NCBI GenBank assembly: GCA_964016885.1 | Contig: OZ024740.1 | Coordinates: forward strand, 372,372,001 to 372,436,000 | Reading direction: 5' to 3' | Source: Eledone cirrhosa | Taxonomy: Eukaryota | DNA length: 64,000 nt | Shown: positions 11,051 through 27,479 of the stretch, piece after piece | Layout of the letters: each line of letters begins with the position of its first letter | Position numbering within the stretch: position 1 is the first letter of the stretch | Made by a program: the position numbers and the translations under genes | Notes under the pieces: model-generated | What the model was told of the DNA's origin: nothing | The model's input: the letters and a program-made list of their open reading frames with translations, nothing else | The model's database searches: none

Positions 11051-13989
11051 TATGGATTGAGAAAAGGGTAGATTTCCGGTACATATTCTCTTCCATGATT
11101 AAAAAATTCCCTGCCATGATTAAACAAATATATTCTGTATTTCGATCAAATTATCTTTGCACGTAAAATATTATGATTTCATAGCAAAAATAAATCTGTA
11201 GTTTGTATCATGAACTTAATATTAAATTTTGACATAGGTACGTAATGGTTGAAATATGAGCTCCAGTGTAGTAACATCTTTAAACTGGATTCAGTGATAT
11301 TTAAACACAGAACGAACAAAACGACCAATAACTATTTTCCGACCGCTGTAGCTTTTCTGAAAACAATTAGTCTTAGAATTAAAAATAGATATGAATTATT
11401 TTTACCACCCCCTCTCTCTCACGCACACTCTTTCTGTGTTTGTGTGAGTATGTGTACAGGTGTATTCGTGTGTCGTGTGTATTTATTCTGGCCTGTGTGT
11501 GATTTCAAGTCAAAATATTTATCATTTCTGGATTCGAATTTCTTTCTAGGAAGCCAAAACTAGATCATAAGTTGAAAGATATTTAATAGAAAAATATGAA
11601 GTTGCTATAGAAATATATGTTTAGTTTGAACAAAGATAGATAAAGGAGCATAGAAAATGTCACGCTTTGTATTTTGCGGATAAAACTTCGTTTTGCAGTG
11701 GATTCAGTAGTTATAATTATTTTGTTTGCAAAATATCTGTCAATTTATGTAGAATAAAGACTTTGGTTTCAAATGAGTTATGTAAGTCAGATACATTATG
11801 GCTGTTTGTATATATATTCAATAAAGAAAGCAGTCGGTCATAAAGTTACTATGTCGTCAAATGTGTTACGAATCCAGGCTATCTTACATTCCAACAGACG
11901 AGCGCGAACAAACAGCTCTTTTTACACCGGCGGCAGTAAAAGAAACTACAAAAACCGAAAATATATAAAATATATATATATAGCGTCAGTGAAATGCTGA
12001 CATTACATTGCGTATATGGAAAAGTTGGCTCCAATACAAAAAATAAAATCATTTCATAAGTGTTAGATTAAACTAATACTAAGGCGTTAGTGTGTGATTG
12101 AACAAACACTTTGAAACTAGTAAATATGCAAGATTAGGAATGTGAGGTGCTAAAACGCCAATTTAAATATATGATACTATTATTTCAGCTATAGATTAAC
12201 ACCTTACCACCGCTTGTCTCGACGTCTAACATGGCATGAATGAATAATATTAAATTAAGAAAATTGCAACGAAAGCCAAGAAAAATTTATTTGGTTAGAT
12301 GGAAAATCCTGGAAAAAATATATAGAAAGAGTAGAATGAATGGTTTAACAATTATTATGAACTTAATATTTATGCGTTGAATCATTTATAATATTAACTA
12401 AATGACGATGGTGTTAATAAAATACTAATTATAAAGTGACGTAGAAAATATATATATTCTAAATACTTAATATACATAATTTAGTGAAATGAGTTAAACA
12501 AACGATCGATATTGAGAGAGATTTTTAGAAATATTTCTTAAAAGGATAATGAAAGCAAATACAGAACCAGAATATCAAAAGAAACAAAAGTTACAAAAAA
12601 TATATATTGTTTACAATATCTACAAACATGCAACGACCATCTTATGCGTTCACTTTGAGTTATTACAAATTATGAAATAATAAAGTATGGCTAATGAAAA
12701 CAATAAGACCTATCCTTAATTACACCTTAAGTTAGAAGCAGAATTCTGTTCAGCTTTATTGGCCTACTCTGTAATCCCGAATGGCATTGAACCTCACACT
12801 ATATATTTTAAATTAAAATGACATATTTTTTGCATAGTTTGTAATGTTTAAATCATAATTCATTAAATTTTGCCTCTATAAGTAGAGGTAAAAATCACCC
12901 TTCTCTATATCTTAGTTTCGGTAATCGACCGAAAGACAGTGAATATGGAAACCCTACTAGTGCCCTTGAGAAAGACACATATCATAAAATCACAATTGTA
13001 TACGTAATAATAATATTCGCACCATAGATGCAAATACTTAGGCCCTGATTAAGATTTATTCCTAGTTGTATGTTTAAAGCGTTCCAGCAATTACCATTCC
13101 TTCTTGTTAGGGATATGTATGGTTACATTATCAGAAGTACCCTTTCATTTTCAAAGATGGCTGTGTAGGATATGAGAGAGATTTGTTTATTGTGTATGCA
13201 TGAAACGCCTCTGATTAAAGCTCTGCTGCATCCAATAGCTAGACATTCATATAATATTATGCTGAAAAATATATTTTAATATCCTCGCATCTTTAGATAT
13301 ATGAGAAATATTGTCATTTCAAATGATCATTTCATGTTGCTATGAAAAATATTAATTTCGCTTTTATGTATAACATCAGTCTTCCGAAAGAAAAGCAATT
13401 CTAGGATTGACATCACAGGATAATTCATTATTAAGTTATGAATGCTTATTGAGGTATCGAAGTGTGCAATCTAAAAAAAATATTTTGTACTACAGTAGAT
13501 AGAGAATATCAGGCAGGGAACGGTCTCAAACAGAGAACCACCTACGAGAATTATTACAACAAACAATCCTATCCGGAAACTGAATACTACTCAAACATTA
13601 ATTATGATCAGATTCAGTTGAAAGACAAGGCACTTTGGCAATGAGTTTAGCTCAAATAAGGTAACATGGTAAACAAAGTTGTGAGATTTCTTTTCTCTGT
13701 CGCCACAAATGAAACCATGCTCTAACAATATAGTTAAATTTCAAATACTGATATTGCAATATATAAATATATATATATAAATTAATTACCTTCTTTATTT
13801 TCCGAGACGAAATTCCCCTTGAGTTCATCATTCCGAAGACAAGATAATAGGTGTCTGACACATATTATTGTTGAGTAAATTACCTACAATATCACACCAT
13901 AATATTCGTTTTCGAAACAATGATAGGAATACATACATACAGATAGATAGATACATACATACACACATACGTGTGCATGCATGTATGTG

Positions 13990-15870
<1,881 letters not shown>

Positions 15871-15874
<4 letters not shown>

Positions 15875-16392
15875 GAAAGTTAGAGTTAATAACTCATACT
15901 GAAACCCTGTAATTAACAAGCTCACAGTATAAATACTGAGCATTATAATAATATATGTAGTAAGTAAATCGTGCGTCTAATATTATGAGGGTTGAAGAAC
16001 CACATTTGTTTGAAATACTTAACCATGAAGCAGACAGAATGATAAAATAAAATAAAATTATATTATACAAACCGCCTCAATAACTATTATATCTCTCGGA
16101 CAGATTAGGGATGAATCTGTTTCGCCCTGAGTGTGTTTGTAACAGATAATCCACGGGCATCATCAGCGAGAGAATCTGATTAAATGCGACAAACACATAG
16201 TACTCACGTTCACACAGAAAAATGAATTCATCACCTCATGTGCCGTAAGTCAAAAGTGGTGTGAGTGTATTGGTTAGAAATAACAGTCCAACACACGCAA
16301 CTTAATAAGCTCACCTCATGGTTAAATATTTCAAACAAATGTGGTTCTTCAACCCTCGTAATATTAGACGCACGATTTACCGTGTTTCTTAC

Positions 16393-16396
<4 letters not shown>
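15871..16396. mobile_element. non-coding unit with inverted arms enclosing an intact HHR
   Basis: Arms ~15963-16029 / 16315-16380, (TA)n flanks, HHR at 16092-16173. Confidence 0.65.
16092..16173 (-). ncRNA. complete type-I hammerhead ribozyme
   Basis: Reverse complement: tctctcg CTGATGA t gccc [27 nt] gggc GAAA cagatt catccct aatctg TC cgagaga. 7-bp stem I, stable stem III, GUC triplet. Confidence 0.92.
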
Positions 16397-16456
<60 letters not shown>

Positions 16457-16460
<4 letters not shown>

Positions 16461-17244
16461 TAAACGGAATAGAAAATGCTGACAAATTGTTCACAGTTGA
16501 AAAATGGTTTAATTAGGAATAAAAGAGTATTAGTGATTGTATGGGTTAGTATTCAGTTGTGGTTTTAAGTTTTTAAGTTTTTACCGGTTGCGCATTTCTA
16601 AATGCTTTTCAAAAATAATTTTGAGATAGAGTGTCCGTGCTGTTTGCTCTGATCTGATTAGTTTTGGGAATTCTACCTGTTTTTATGTTAAAAAAATGGC
16701 TCCAGCGTTATTTTTGTGTTGCAAAAATGCTTGTGGTCAAAACAATTTTGATTGGTCGGTAGAGGTCATGTGAATGTAAAAAGTTGATTTTGCGCCAAGA
16801 CTGTTTTTATGTTAAAATGTTAGAAAAGTGGCTCCAGCAAAAATTATTGGTCAAAACAATTTTGATTGGTCGGTAGAGGTCATGTGGGGAAAAAAAATCG
16901 GTAGAGGTCAGGGGGGAAAAAAATCGGTAGAGGTCAGGGGGGAAAAAATCGGTAGAGGTCAGGGGGGAAAAAAATACTGGTCCACCCACACACGCACACA
17001 CACACACACACACATATATACACAAACACATACACACGCGTACATCAACATACAAAGAGACTTATACACACACACACACACGCACTTCTCCGTATAAGAC
17101 AAAAGCTGAAAAATATCTTTTGACCTTCGAATGACTCTGCTGTGTGTATGTACGCACGCACACACACACACACTTATCTTAATAGCCATTTGACACACAT
17201 CGCTGGTGGCTATTGTCGCAGCATCGAACACCTTACTACTACTA

Positions 17245-17302
<58 letters not shown>

Positions 17303-17785
17303 TTGTTGTGAAAGAGTCATTTCTCAATCTTGGCGCAAAACCAATTTTTTATCCACATGACCTCTACCGACCAATCAAAATTGTTTTGACCAATAATTTT
17401 TGCTGGAGCCACTTTTCTAACATTTTAACATAAAAACAGTCTTGGCGCAAAATCAACTTTTTACATTCACATGACCTCTACCGACCAATCAAAATTGTTT
17501 TGACCACAAGCATTTTTGCAACACAAAAATAACGCTGGAGCCATTTTTTTAAACATAAAAACAGGTAGAATTCCCAAAACTAATCAGATCAGAGCAAACA
17601 GCACGGACACTCTATTTCAAAATTATTTTTGAAAAGCATTTAGAAATGCGCAACCGGTAAAAACTTAAAAACTTAAAACCACAACTGAATACTAACCCAT
17701 ACAATCACTAATACTCTTTTATTCCTAATTAAACCATTTTTCAACTGTGAACAATTTGTCAGCATTTTCTATTCCGTTTACCAAT
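16457..17785. mobile_element. foldback/MITE-like element with ~430-bp near-perfect inverted arms
   Basis: 16457-16887 is the reverse complement of 17354-17785. Subrepeats ggtagaggtca(ggggggaaaaaaatc), (CA)n-rich spacer, TA-repeat flanks, no ORF. Confidence 0.75.
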
Positions 17786-19124
17786 ATATAATAACTTGTG
17801 TGTTACACCTCTATTCTTTTAACTATATATATATATATATATACGTGTGTGCGTGTGTGCGTGTGTGTATGTATGTATATATATATGAGATTAATGACCT
17901 CATTTATACAGACGAGAAAACTATATATACTCGAGTAATAATCGAGTAATAATCCCATATTTTGGAATTTTCCATAGACATCTTATAAAATCCCTACTGT
18001 CTCACGGATAAGAAATTAACATTTGTGGGTCAATGTAGTATTCTGTATGTAGAAATGACACTGTTACAAAAGAACAATACTTGGTGCTTATAGTAAAACA
18101 TCATACAATACCGAGCACTACACATATACCGATGGGTGCTACATGACCATAAAATGTATGCAAAAGATGGATTGCAAGCAATCGTCACTGAAAAAAAACA
18201 ACGTTTTTGCTGGGATGGTGGTAGAGATTGTTAGATGTGGATAGTGCTGTTTTGTTTCTACTTCTTTTATCAACTTTGGTAATTAAAGCCTTAAATACAC
18301 TTGATTAATTATAAATAAAAATGTAGCACTAATATATTGTATCATAACACGTCTGTGAAGAGTGTGACTTTGAACATGAATATGAAAATAATAGGATTGG
18401 AGAGTTGTGATGCAAAACACGCCGAGTAGGTATCGGCCATGTGCACAGTATTACGGCAGGTAGTGGCATACTGGTAGAGATATTATAAGATAAACATCGG
18501 TTGCGCTCAACTAGTCTGTTACGGTTAATGGATACGAGTAAAAGAGCAAGTAAACATATTTATAAGAGTTACAGAGCCTTGTTTATGTACTTTGTTATTT
18601 ACTAGGACGTTTTTCTATACATAGTATCGGTAAAATTACTGTAATTCATTTTGTTTTGTTTTTATTCATATGGAGACCTATCGGGTACTTTGGATGCTAT
18701 ATTGAATCGCAAGCCCCTCCAAGATAGTATCCATTTAATAGTCAAACCCATAAATGTAACCTTAAACAATGGTCCACAAAAGTCCACTTTACACTTAATA
18801 TACGGTATATATATTAGGAAATGTAAGAGACACAGTATCACATAGTCAGTATCAGTTTATTTCAAAACGTAATCCTGTTATGTACATTTTAAAGGCAACC
18901 AAATAGAAGTCAAATGTAAATAAAAATAAAATTTGTTTTTGTTTTAATATGCCTCCCTTTGAGGAGGTGCTTGCTGTTTATTGAAATCTAAATATCCCTT
19001 CAATGGCAAGCATATCTAAAACAAAAATAGATTTCGTTTTTATTTACAGTTACTGTCTGACTACAACGCATAGAATTATTGTTGAATAATAATAACCACA
19101 ATAATAGTCGAACATTATAAATAA

Positions 19125-20864
19125 CACCGTGTAACAAAATGTTTGTTGTTTTCTCTGTGTCTGGCTTGTAATCACTTCTTTTGTGTTGCTTAGGTCCCAA
19201 ATAAATGAGAAAGTGCTATTAAACAGTTAAAAGTTTGGGTTTGTAAACATTCTAAGCTATTCACTAGAATTATTTGTATGCTGGATTTTACGTTGTATGT
19301 AAGTTTAATTTGCTTATGTTAAATGATTTTTTTAATATATATTTCAGGTTAAATTCAAATTATAAAATAAGAGTAATACCTAAAGAAAATTATAAAAGTG
19401 CTATAAAGTATAAAATTGTTAAAAGTGGATTAAAGAAATTTATTGATACTGGATTTTTGCACTCTGAATAAAGGGTAAGTTGTGTTTTAAGCATTCGTCT
19501 GCAGGATGAAGGAGTGGAACTTGGTCAAGGTGGAAGTGCAGGTGACAAATCAGAGAAGTCGACACGAACCTTTCTCAGGCTTTTACAATCTTAGGGATGG
19601 CCTCTGCTTCTGCGATGACGTACCTGGACTGTTTGACGTTATTGGGGTGCCGTTTGTGCCCAAGGAGTGACAGCTATTTATAGACAGCTCCACCACAAGT
19701 TTGAAGGCTGTCCTCCTCCACAATGGAAACAAGTTCCCGACACTGCCCCTAGCTCATTTAGTCTGCCCGAAGGAAGATTACTACAGTGTGAAAGTCCTCT
19801 TGGAAGCTCTGCAATACAGCCAGTACAATTGGAAAATCATTGGAGCCTTCAAGATGGTGGCTTTCCTTCTTGGACCCAAGGAGGCTTTATCAAATTCCAA
19901 TGCTTCCTCTGCTTTGGGACAGCAGAGGAATCTCTGACTACTACAAACGAAAGAACTCCGAGCAGCGAACATAATTTATAGTTGGGACCGGGAACGTCAT
20001 GTGGGAGCCACTGGTTGATCCGAGGATTGTGCTCATGCCGTCACTGCACATTAAGTTGGGGTTGATGAAGCAGTTTGTGAAGGCTCTCAACCAAGAATCA
20101 GCCGCTTTTAAGTACCTTCTTGAGTCCTTCCCCAAGTTATCTGAGGCCAAAATCAAAGGTGGAATGTTTGTTGGATCTCAGATAAAGAAGGTGTGTGAGT
20201 CTACCGAGTTCTCCAATAAGCTCAATAGGATTGAGAGAACAGCATGGAACTGTTTCAAGGCAGTTGTTAAGGGCTTCCTGGGCAACTACAGAGCTGAAAA
20301 CTACCAGCAACTGGTGCAGGATCTGATAAAGGCTTTTGGTGCCATGGGATGCAGGATGTCGCTTAAACTCCATATGCTGGACGCTGATCTGGAAAAATTC
20401 AAGGACAATATGGGCGCCTACTCAGAAGAACAAGGCGAACGATTCCACCAAGATGTGAAAGAGATAGAGCGGAGGTACCAGGGCCACTACAATGAAAAAA
20501 TGATGGGGGACTATATCTGGGGGCTAGTACGGGAATGCGACCTGGACTACAACCGCAAATCCAGGAAATCCAGTCATTTCTGACGTGTATAAGTTGTTTT
20601 ATAAGTGTTATTTGTTTTTACTTGTTTGCTTTTGGTAAGCTTGTATAATAAAATAAATATATACTCTGTTGATTTAATTATATGAACTGATAAATTAAAA
20701 AAAAATGTGTTTTTTCTTGAAAAATATGAAAATTGCGAAATTTCAAACTTTTCACCACAAACCCAAACTTCTGATTAAATAATAGAATCTTTGTAGAATA
20801 ATGGGATATAACAAACCAGGAAATAATACTTAGAATCGAGGAACATGTAAGATGTTAGACGGTG
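19125..20864 (+). mobile_element. Chapaev3-like (CMC/Transib-related) DNA transposon copy 1, defective
   Basis: Termini CACCGTGTAACA...TGTTAGACGGTG with 3-bp TSD TAA (19122-24, 20865-67); transposase remnant 19500-20583. Confidence 0.85.
19500..20583 (+). pseudogene. DDE transposase remnant (frameshifted, N-terminus absent)
   Basis: LFIDSS..SLKAVLLHNGN, QGGFIKFQCFLC, LHIKLGLMKQFVKAL, GCRMSLKLH, SEEQGERFHQD. Confidence 0.85.
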
Positions 20865-21032
20865 TAATTGCTGCAAAGTTCAAAAATCCTGGTGACGGAG
20901 AATGGTGACACAAACGACCCCCTCAAATGTTCCGTCTCCATAGATACGTACCCAACGTTTCTCTACATTAATTGACTAATATGGTCATTTGCGTTTTAGA
21001 AGCCACCCCCCTCTCTCTCTCTCTCTCTACCT

Positions 21033-21078
<46 letters not shown>

Positions 21079-21262
21079 TTATGTGTGCCTGTATGTGTGT
21101 GTGAATGTGTGTGTAACCACAGAAGTAAGGTATCAATAAATAGCAGAGTATAATTTTTAAAAATAGAAATGGCTTCTACAGGACTAGAACAGTTTCATTT
21201 GGAGGAAATCATCAGTATCATTTTCTTCGAATAAAGCACTACTGTGGTATCAGTTGGTATTA

Positions 21263-21338
<76 letters not shown>

Positions 21339-21559
21339 TATATATATAAATGTGTTTGTGTATATGTGCGTGCGCGCATATGTGTGTATGTGTGTGTAAT
21401 TAATGAAACTGTATTTGCAAAACCAATAATCGCAGTATTCTATCAATGTGAAGACCTTTATTAAACGTGTACACAATATACAAATGTATACATAATACAC
21501 GTACATATATGTATGTATATAAATGTGTGTGTATGGATTGGGGCACAATGACCCCCTCC

Positions 21560-21615
<56 letters not shown>

Positions 21616-24248
21616 TCTTCACATTACGTGTAACTACTTTTCCAAAAGATTTACATTATATTATTTTAATATTTACTAGAAAAAAAATCATTAAATGAAT
21701 GTCTCTTCTTATCTTACAAAACATTCCATTGTATTCTACATCTATTTTAATAATCAAACGCACAAAGTAATTTTGAGAAACCTTTCTATTGTAGCATCAA
21801 GAGAAGTGTTTTGTATTAAATTCCATAAAAAAGAACCATACTTTGTAGTTATTTCAGTAAAACTCTCGAATCTATTTTAAATATCAAATTTCTAGATCGA
21901 TACATTTTTACTGATAACTCGGTTTGTGACATTAATATTTTTCATTTGTTTATTTATTAATTCACACTTTTACTTTGCTGGCTTCTTAAAGCTTTCTGCT
22001 ATCAATAATGTTATGTTGCGTGCGGATAAATGTGTACAGAAAGACAAAACATGAGATTCTACATTTTTACATTCAATATTTTGGCTAACGTAAAAGCATG
22101 AATTTCTAGCCAGTATATTTTTATATTTTTACTTTATAAAACATCCTCCACAAAAGAAAAACCAGCAAATGAACAAATATAAGCAGCTTTAGCAACAAGA
22201 GCACTCAAAAGTATCTTCAACATAATCATCAACTTTTCAATCATCATAACAATGAAACTATACTGTATTGAAACCAAGTAAACAGTGAATGTGTAACATT
22301 TAGCTTCGCAAATGACAGGCATTTCATAACCATTTGGTATCGTACAATCAGGTCGGAATTTAACTTTGCGACTATCATTTATATGTTTATATTTCTTGAA
22401 CTGAAAATATTATACTTATTACTCATTTGAAGACTATATCCCAATTATATGCTATCGGGATAGATTCTACCCAGCCATTTACCCTTCTTAAAATAGAAGC
22501 CAATTTCCTAGGAAGTTACACATTGCCATCTCGAAAACGAATATACATTGTATAGTGCAGTCTCGGATATATTGCGTAAAAATAATAGGTTATAGCAAGT
22601 GCAGGGAAACTTTGATGAAATATCTAACCCATCAGAGCAGACCAGGGGTCGAAAAGCAACACAAACGACCATATGTTATTTTGTAGCGCAACATCTTTTA
22701 GTGTTCTTGTTTAGTCCTACGTTATCCTTCATAATGCTGCTTATAATTACATTGTTCTAAACACTATTCCTATATTCTTTCAGATTCTTTATATATGACG
22801 CCATATTATATACATGTCCTTTTATATAGTAGAAGTATGGTTGTGCAGGCGTTCATTATTATATTATTGAAACAACTACTATAAAAATATTTGCAGCAAC
22901 ATTTATATATCATTTTCACTATAAGCACTTTACGAAGACACAACCATTGACAACATTAACAAACTTGAATATAAAACTGGTTCCCGAATTATTTAAAGAA
23001 ACCGCGTATGAGTTTTTGATTTAATTGAAAGTACCATAGAAAACGCTGTTTTTTCACTGGGACAATGGACTATGTGATAACTGTCTGGTTATTTAAAATA
23101 GTTAATTGTCTCGATGTAGGTAAAGTTTCACTAATTTATACAATATTTACAATAACGTCCGATCGACACAATTATACGTTACATAAAATTTATTGTAACA
23201 ATTGTTCATAGGATAATTCTTTTAATGATAAAACCATTATGTTTCTGAATAATTATTTTAAAAAACTTATTTGATTATATTTTGGACGAGAAAGTTTTCT
23301 GTATTTATTACAAACTTTTTATTTGATTAATAAATAAGAAAAATATAGTTTTATGGTTCCGTGTCTGTGATTTTACTGCTTCAAAATAATTTGATATATA
23401 CACACAAATGTTTCGAGTGGCTGTGGTAGACAATTGTGACTATGATTATTGTATTGATTTTTCTTATTGGGATTCATTGTTAAACGAAATGTGTGTGTCC
23501 GACTCAATAGAAGAAGAGACAACGATTAATATATTTCAAGGAATATAAGTTTTTTATTACTTCATATAAAGGTGGAGGTGAGAAAATTATTATTTTTTCT
23601 CATTTGATATATGCAAAAACTCTGTTACTAATATCTCTTACATATCCATATTTAATCAGCAGAAGGGAATGTGACAGCTACAGTAAAATATAGTGAATTG
23701 ATGGGAAATTATTAGACAAACAATTTATGGAAATACTATAATAAAAATCATATATAGAACATCAACGATCTGTTTTAGTTGATACATCTAAAGGACATGA
23801 TATAGCAGAATAGAAACACCATCATATATGTCTATTAATATTAACGAATATTTCGTTATTTCATGAACTACATCAGTTAATTAGGGCACAATACATATTC
23901 AACAGAATTGCGAAATATTTTAAACAAGTGAATAATTTACTTTTGGCAAGGAGAGTTGATAAATTTAAATGGTATTTGACATGTAATTTAAGTCAAATTT
24001 TGATTTTGATTCCAGCGAGATGAAGAAACGATTATTAGGATTACTCGACAATAAATCGGATCTGTTTCGTGGAAACACATTAAATATTAGTTTTGTAACA
24101 CCATTCGGTTTTTGAACGAAAACCTTATAATTTTTACAGTCTGTACAATTTTAGGGACTTATTTACAAATATACATACATACAGAGCTGCCGAATATGTA
24201 TACATAAATATATACGTGTACACAGGCACCTATAATATACATATGTGT

Positions 24249-24556
24249 GTGTAGAGACTAAAGTATATTTATATTGAAACAATGTACCAATTTGCAATGA
24301 TGTTCTACTAGTGTAGAGACTAAATATATTTATATTGAAACAATGCACCAATTTGCAATGATGTTCTACTAGTGTAGAGACTAATGTATATTTATATTGA
24401 AACAATGTACCAATTTGCAATGATGTTCTACTAGTGTAGAGACTAAATATATTTATATTGAAACAATGTACCAATTTGCAATGATGTTCTATTAGTGTAG
24501 AGACTAAAGTATATTTATATTGAAACAATGTACCAATTTGCAATGATGTTCTACTA
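24249..24556. repeat. minisatellite, 5 units alternating 62/61 bp
   Basis: Unit gtagagactaa(ag)tatatttatattgaaacaatgtaccaatttgcaatgatgttctactagt starts at 24251, 24313, 24374, 24436, 24497. Confidence 0.92.
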
Positions 24557-24978
24557 AAGCTGGGATTCAGATGGAAATCAAGCCAAAAATATTCCATGAA
24601 GAAATGAAGTTTCAAACCATGCGTCGCAAATCGTGAAACGGAGATTTGTTTTACCAAAAATGAAAACGAAAGTATAAATATTCCAAACGAATGGTGGTAG
24701 AGGAGAATGACAACAGCTTCTAGCATGCATTTTATCTTGCTCTTCAACATTCCTTTTCTGTATCTGAGTATATTTCTACCACCCTCTCCTACCCCTGTCT
24801 GAATATAAAAATGTACGGAATGAGCTCCGAATAAGTAATGAGTAGTCTGGTGCGTTATGAGTCCAGAAATAGCTGTCGAAACGGCTTGAGGTCTGCCGCC
24901 GGGGTCATACATTTTCCTATTACCCACTCTACTACCCTAAGTATTGAGTACTCTGGTGTGTTATAGTCCATCTGGTTC
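24557..24978 (+). mobile_element. longer family E fragment, probable PLE 3' end
   Basis: The last ~120 bp match the family E tail and end in (TA)n. Upstream sequence weakly resembles a GIY-YIG C-terminus (IN..NEW). Confidence 0.45.
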
Positions 24979-26241
24979 CTTACCACAACTCCTTCGTTAT
25001 ATATATATATATATATATTTATATATTTATATATATATATATATATATATGAATATTCACATGACCTTATCCAGTTCTTATCATGTAAGTTTAAGTATTT
25101 TATTACAGATATACCCCTCCCTTCTATGATACTAGGTTGTTAATAATGTAGAATTAATCACATAGTTGGTAGTAATAGAACTTATAGAAATTCAGTCGGA
25201 TAAGATTACGAACGTCATAAAGAGTCACAATGCAATCATCTTACGGCCCATATAAACCTATCTCGTCATTAAAAACTACCTTCAGTGAAGGTATTTGTTA
25301 TTCATAATCACATTAACATATTTTCACGAACACAGCCTACTATGTAAATGCCAACTTGATAACCAGGGATACTATCAAAATATATAGTAAATCATGGGAT
25401 GTAAGCATAGATTATCACACGAGTAATCGGAAAAGACCACCAACATATAGAAAGTATTTATTTTGTTACATCAGTCTAATCCTGAACATTATCTCAATCC
25501 TCCTATATATACACATGTTCCTGCTGAAGAACGTCAATGATACACTATGTGATACGAAAGCAAAATATTATATATCATGAACTATAACATGTCAAATCAT
25601 AATACTAACCCCTAAAATCTTGTAAAACATAAAAGTTATCTATGTGCTCAAATTCTCTGAATAACATTACGTTTCATTCACACTCAACACACACAAACAC
25701 ACACACAGACACACACACACACACACACACCACACACACACACACAATTATTAAGGCCTGTTTCTACACCAGCGCCATACAAGGTACACACGTTTTGTTA
25801 GTCCTGAGGACCAACTTGCTCAACCTTTGCCCATAAAAATGAATCGGAAAATATTTATTCGAAAAATAAAATACAGAACAGTAGGTAAATAGAGAAGAGC
25901 CTAAATCAAGGGTAGATAATCTGGATGTTCTCCGGGAGATGATATGACCGAAAAAACCCAGAACAACAGTTAAATTAGCTAATAATTATGAGGAGGAACT
26001 AGAAAATTTTCACAGATTAAGTATGAGTTTATTTTTGCTTCTTCTCTTTTTCCCAATTGCTCATTTTAATCTGTACAGGTTGTATAAGATGGCATCAGGG
26101 CTAACGAAAACGTTCGTACCTGATATGGCGCCGTTGTAGTAACTGGCCTTAATAATTAGATTCAAACTCGTCCTACGGATTTGAGTTGCTCTATACGTTG
26201 GATATTTTTACCTACTTGTTACTAAAATACTACATATATAC

Positions 26242-26334
<93 letters not shown>

Positions 26335-26394
26335 AAATATTAAAAAAATAATGAATAAAACAATGAAACAGTTCCTTATATTAAACAAAAAAAG

Positions 26395-26548
26395 TTCATT
26401 ATTTAACGATCGTTTCTAGGATATATATGTGTTAGAATTGGCATGCATATTCAACAGATCTATGTACAAAATTATACAAAATTATACAAACTATCAAAAT
26501 TAAATATACATACCAACACATATATATGCCGTCTTCAGAAATAATGAA
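26395..26548 (-). ncRNA. hammerhead with very long stem II (family D)
   Basis: Reverse complement: ttcattattt CTGAAGA cggcatatatatgtgttgg...aacacatatatatccta GAAA cgatcg TT aaataatgaa. 10-bp perfect stem I, palindromic stem III. Confidence 0.78.
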
Positions 26549-27142
26549 ATATATTTATTGATAATAACAACAATTCAAAATTACAGGTCTGTTTGGGAAC
26601 AGAGTTCAAATTGACCAATGAAAACACAAAAAGTTTATACAGTTAGGTGTGTATATATGTAAGTAACTTCGTTCACAGATATGCATAAAAATATATGTTC
26701 ACATGCATACGCATGCCGAAAAGATGTATGTAAATACAAAAATTCAAGGCTAATGTCTCTGTATGTTTATAATCTACAGATAAAATACGTATACGCATAT
26801 AAATATAAAAATAAATATATACACACATTCATATACTCACACATATACGTACATTCTCACACACACGCGCGTATACGCATAAACATACACACAACCACGA
26901 ACATACATTCACACACACACCCCCACACATATATATGTGTATATACTATTATCATAAGCATATGGACATTAATGCGCGCACATAAACACTGCCACACATA
27001 TTTAGATCCAGATACAGAAAGTAGGTTGGGGGGGGGGGGAAGAAGAGGTCAGTATTTAGCGGTGTCACCAAGCTGCCTATTTATAAATGTATCTATAAAT
27101 TTAGAAATAAAAAGAAAAAGAAAAAAGAAATATATTAAGAAA

Positions 27143-27185
<43 letters not shown>

Positions 27186-27232
27186 CATATATATAAACAA
27201 GTAAAATATAAAATATACATCAATATACATAC

Positions 27233-27264
<32 letters not shown>

Positions 27265-27421
27265 GTATATATACATACACATACATACACATATACATAA
27301 ACACATACATACACATACATATACATACACACACCATATAAATACACATACACATACACACATGCATACATATAGAGACACATACATATACACATATAAA
27401 TACATAGACATATACACATAT

Positions 27422-27479
<58 letters not shown>

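Noticed and set aside
24249-24556. CRISPR-like regular repeats
   Set aside because: No unique spacers, no cas genes, eukaryotic context; a plain minisatellite
25521-25570. ctgaaga...cgaaa hammerhead-like motif
   Set aside because: No convincing stem III, UH site or stem I
26074-26125. cagg...gaaaacgttcgtacctg possible decayed HHR in an old PLE 3' end (similar weak case at ~44025-44167)
   Set aside because: The CUGANGA core is not recognisable; too degenerate to call
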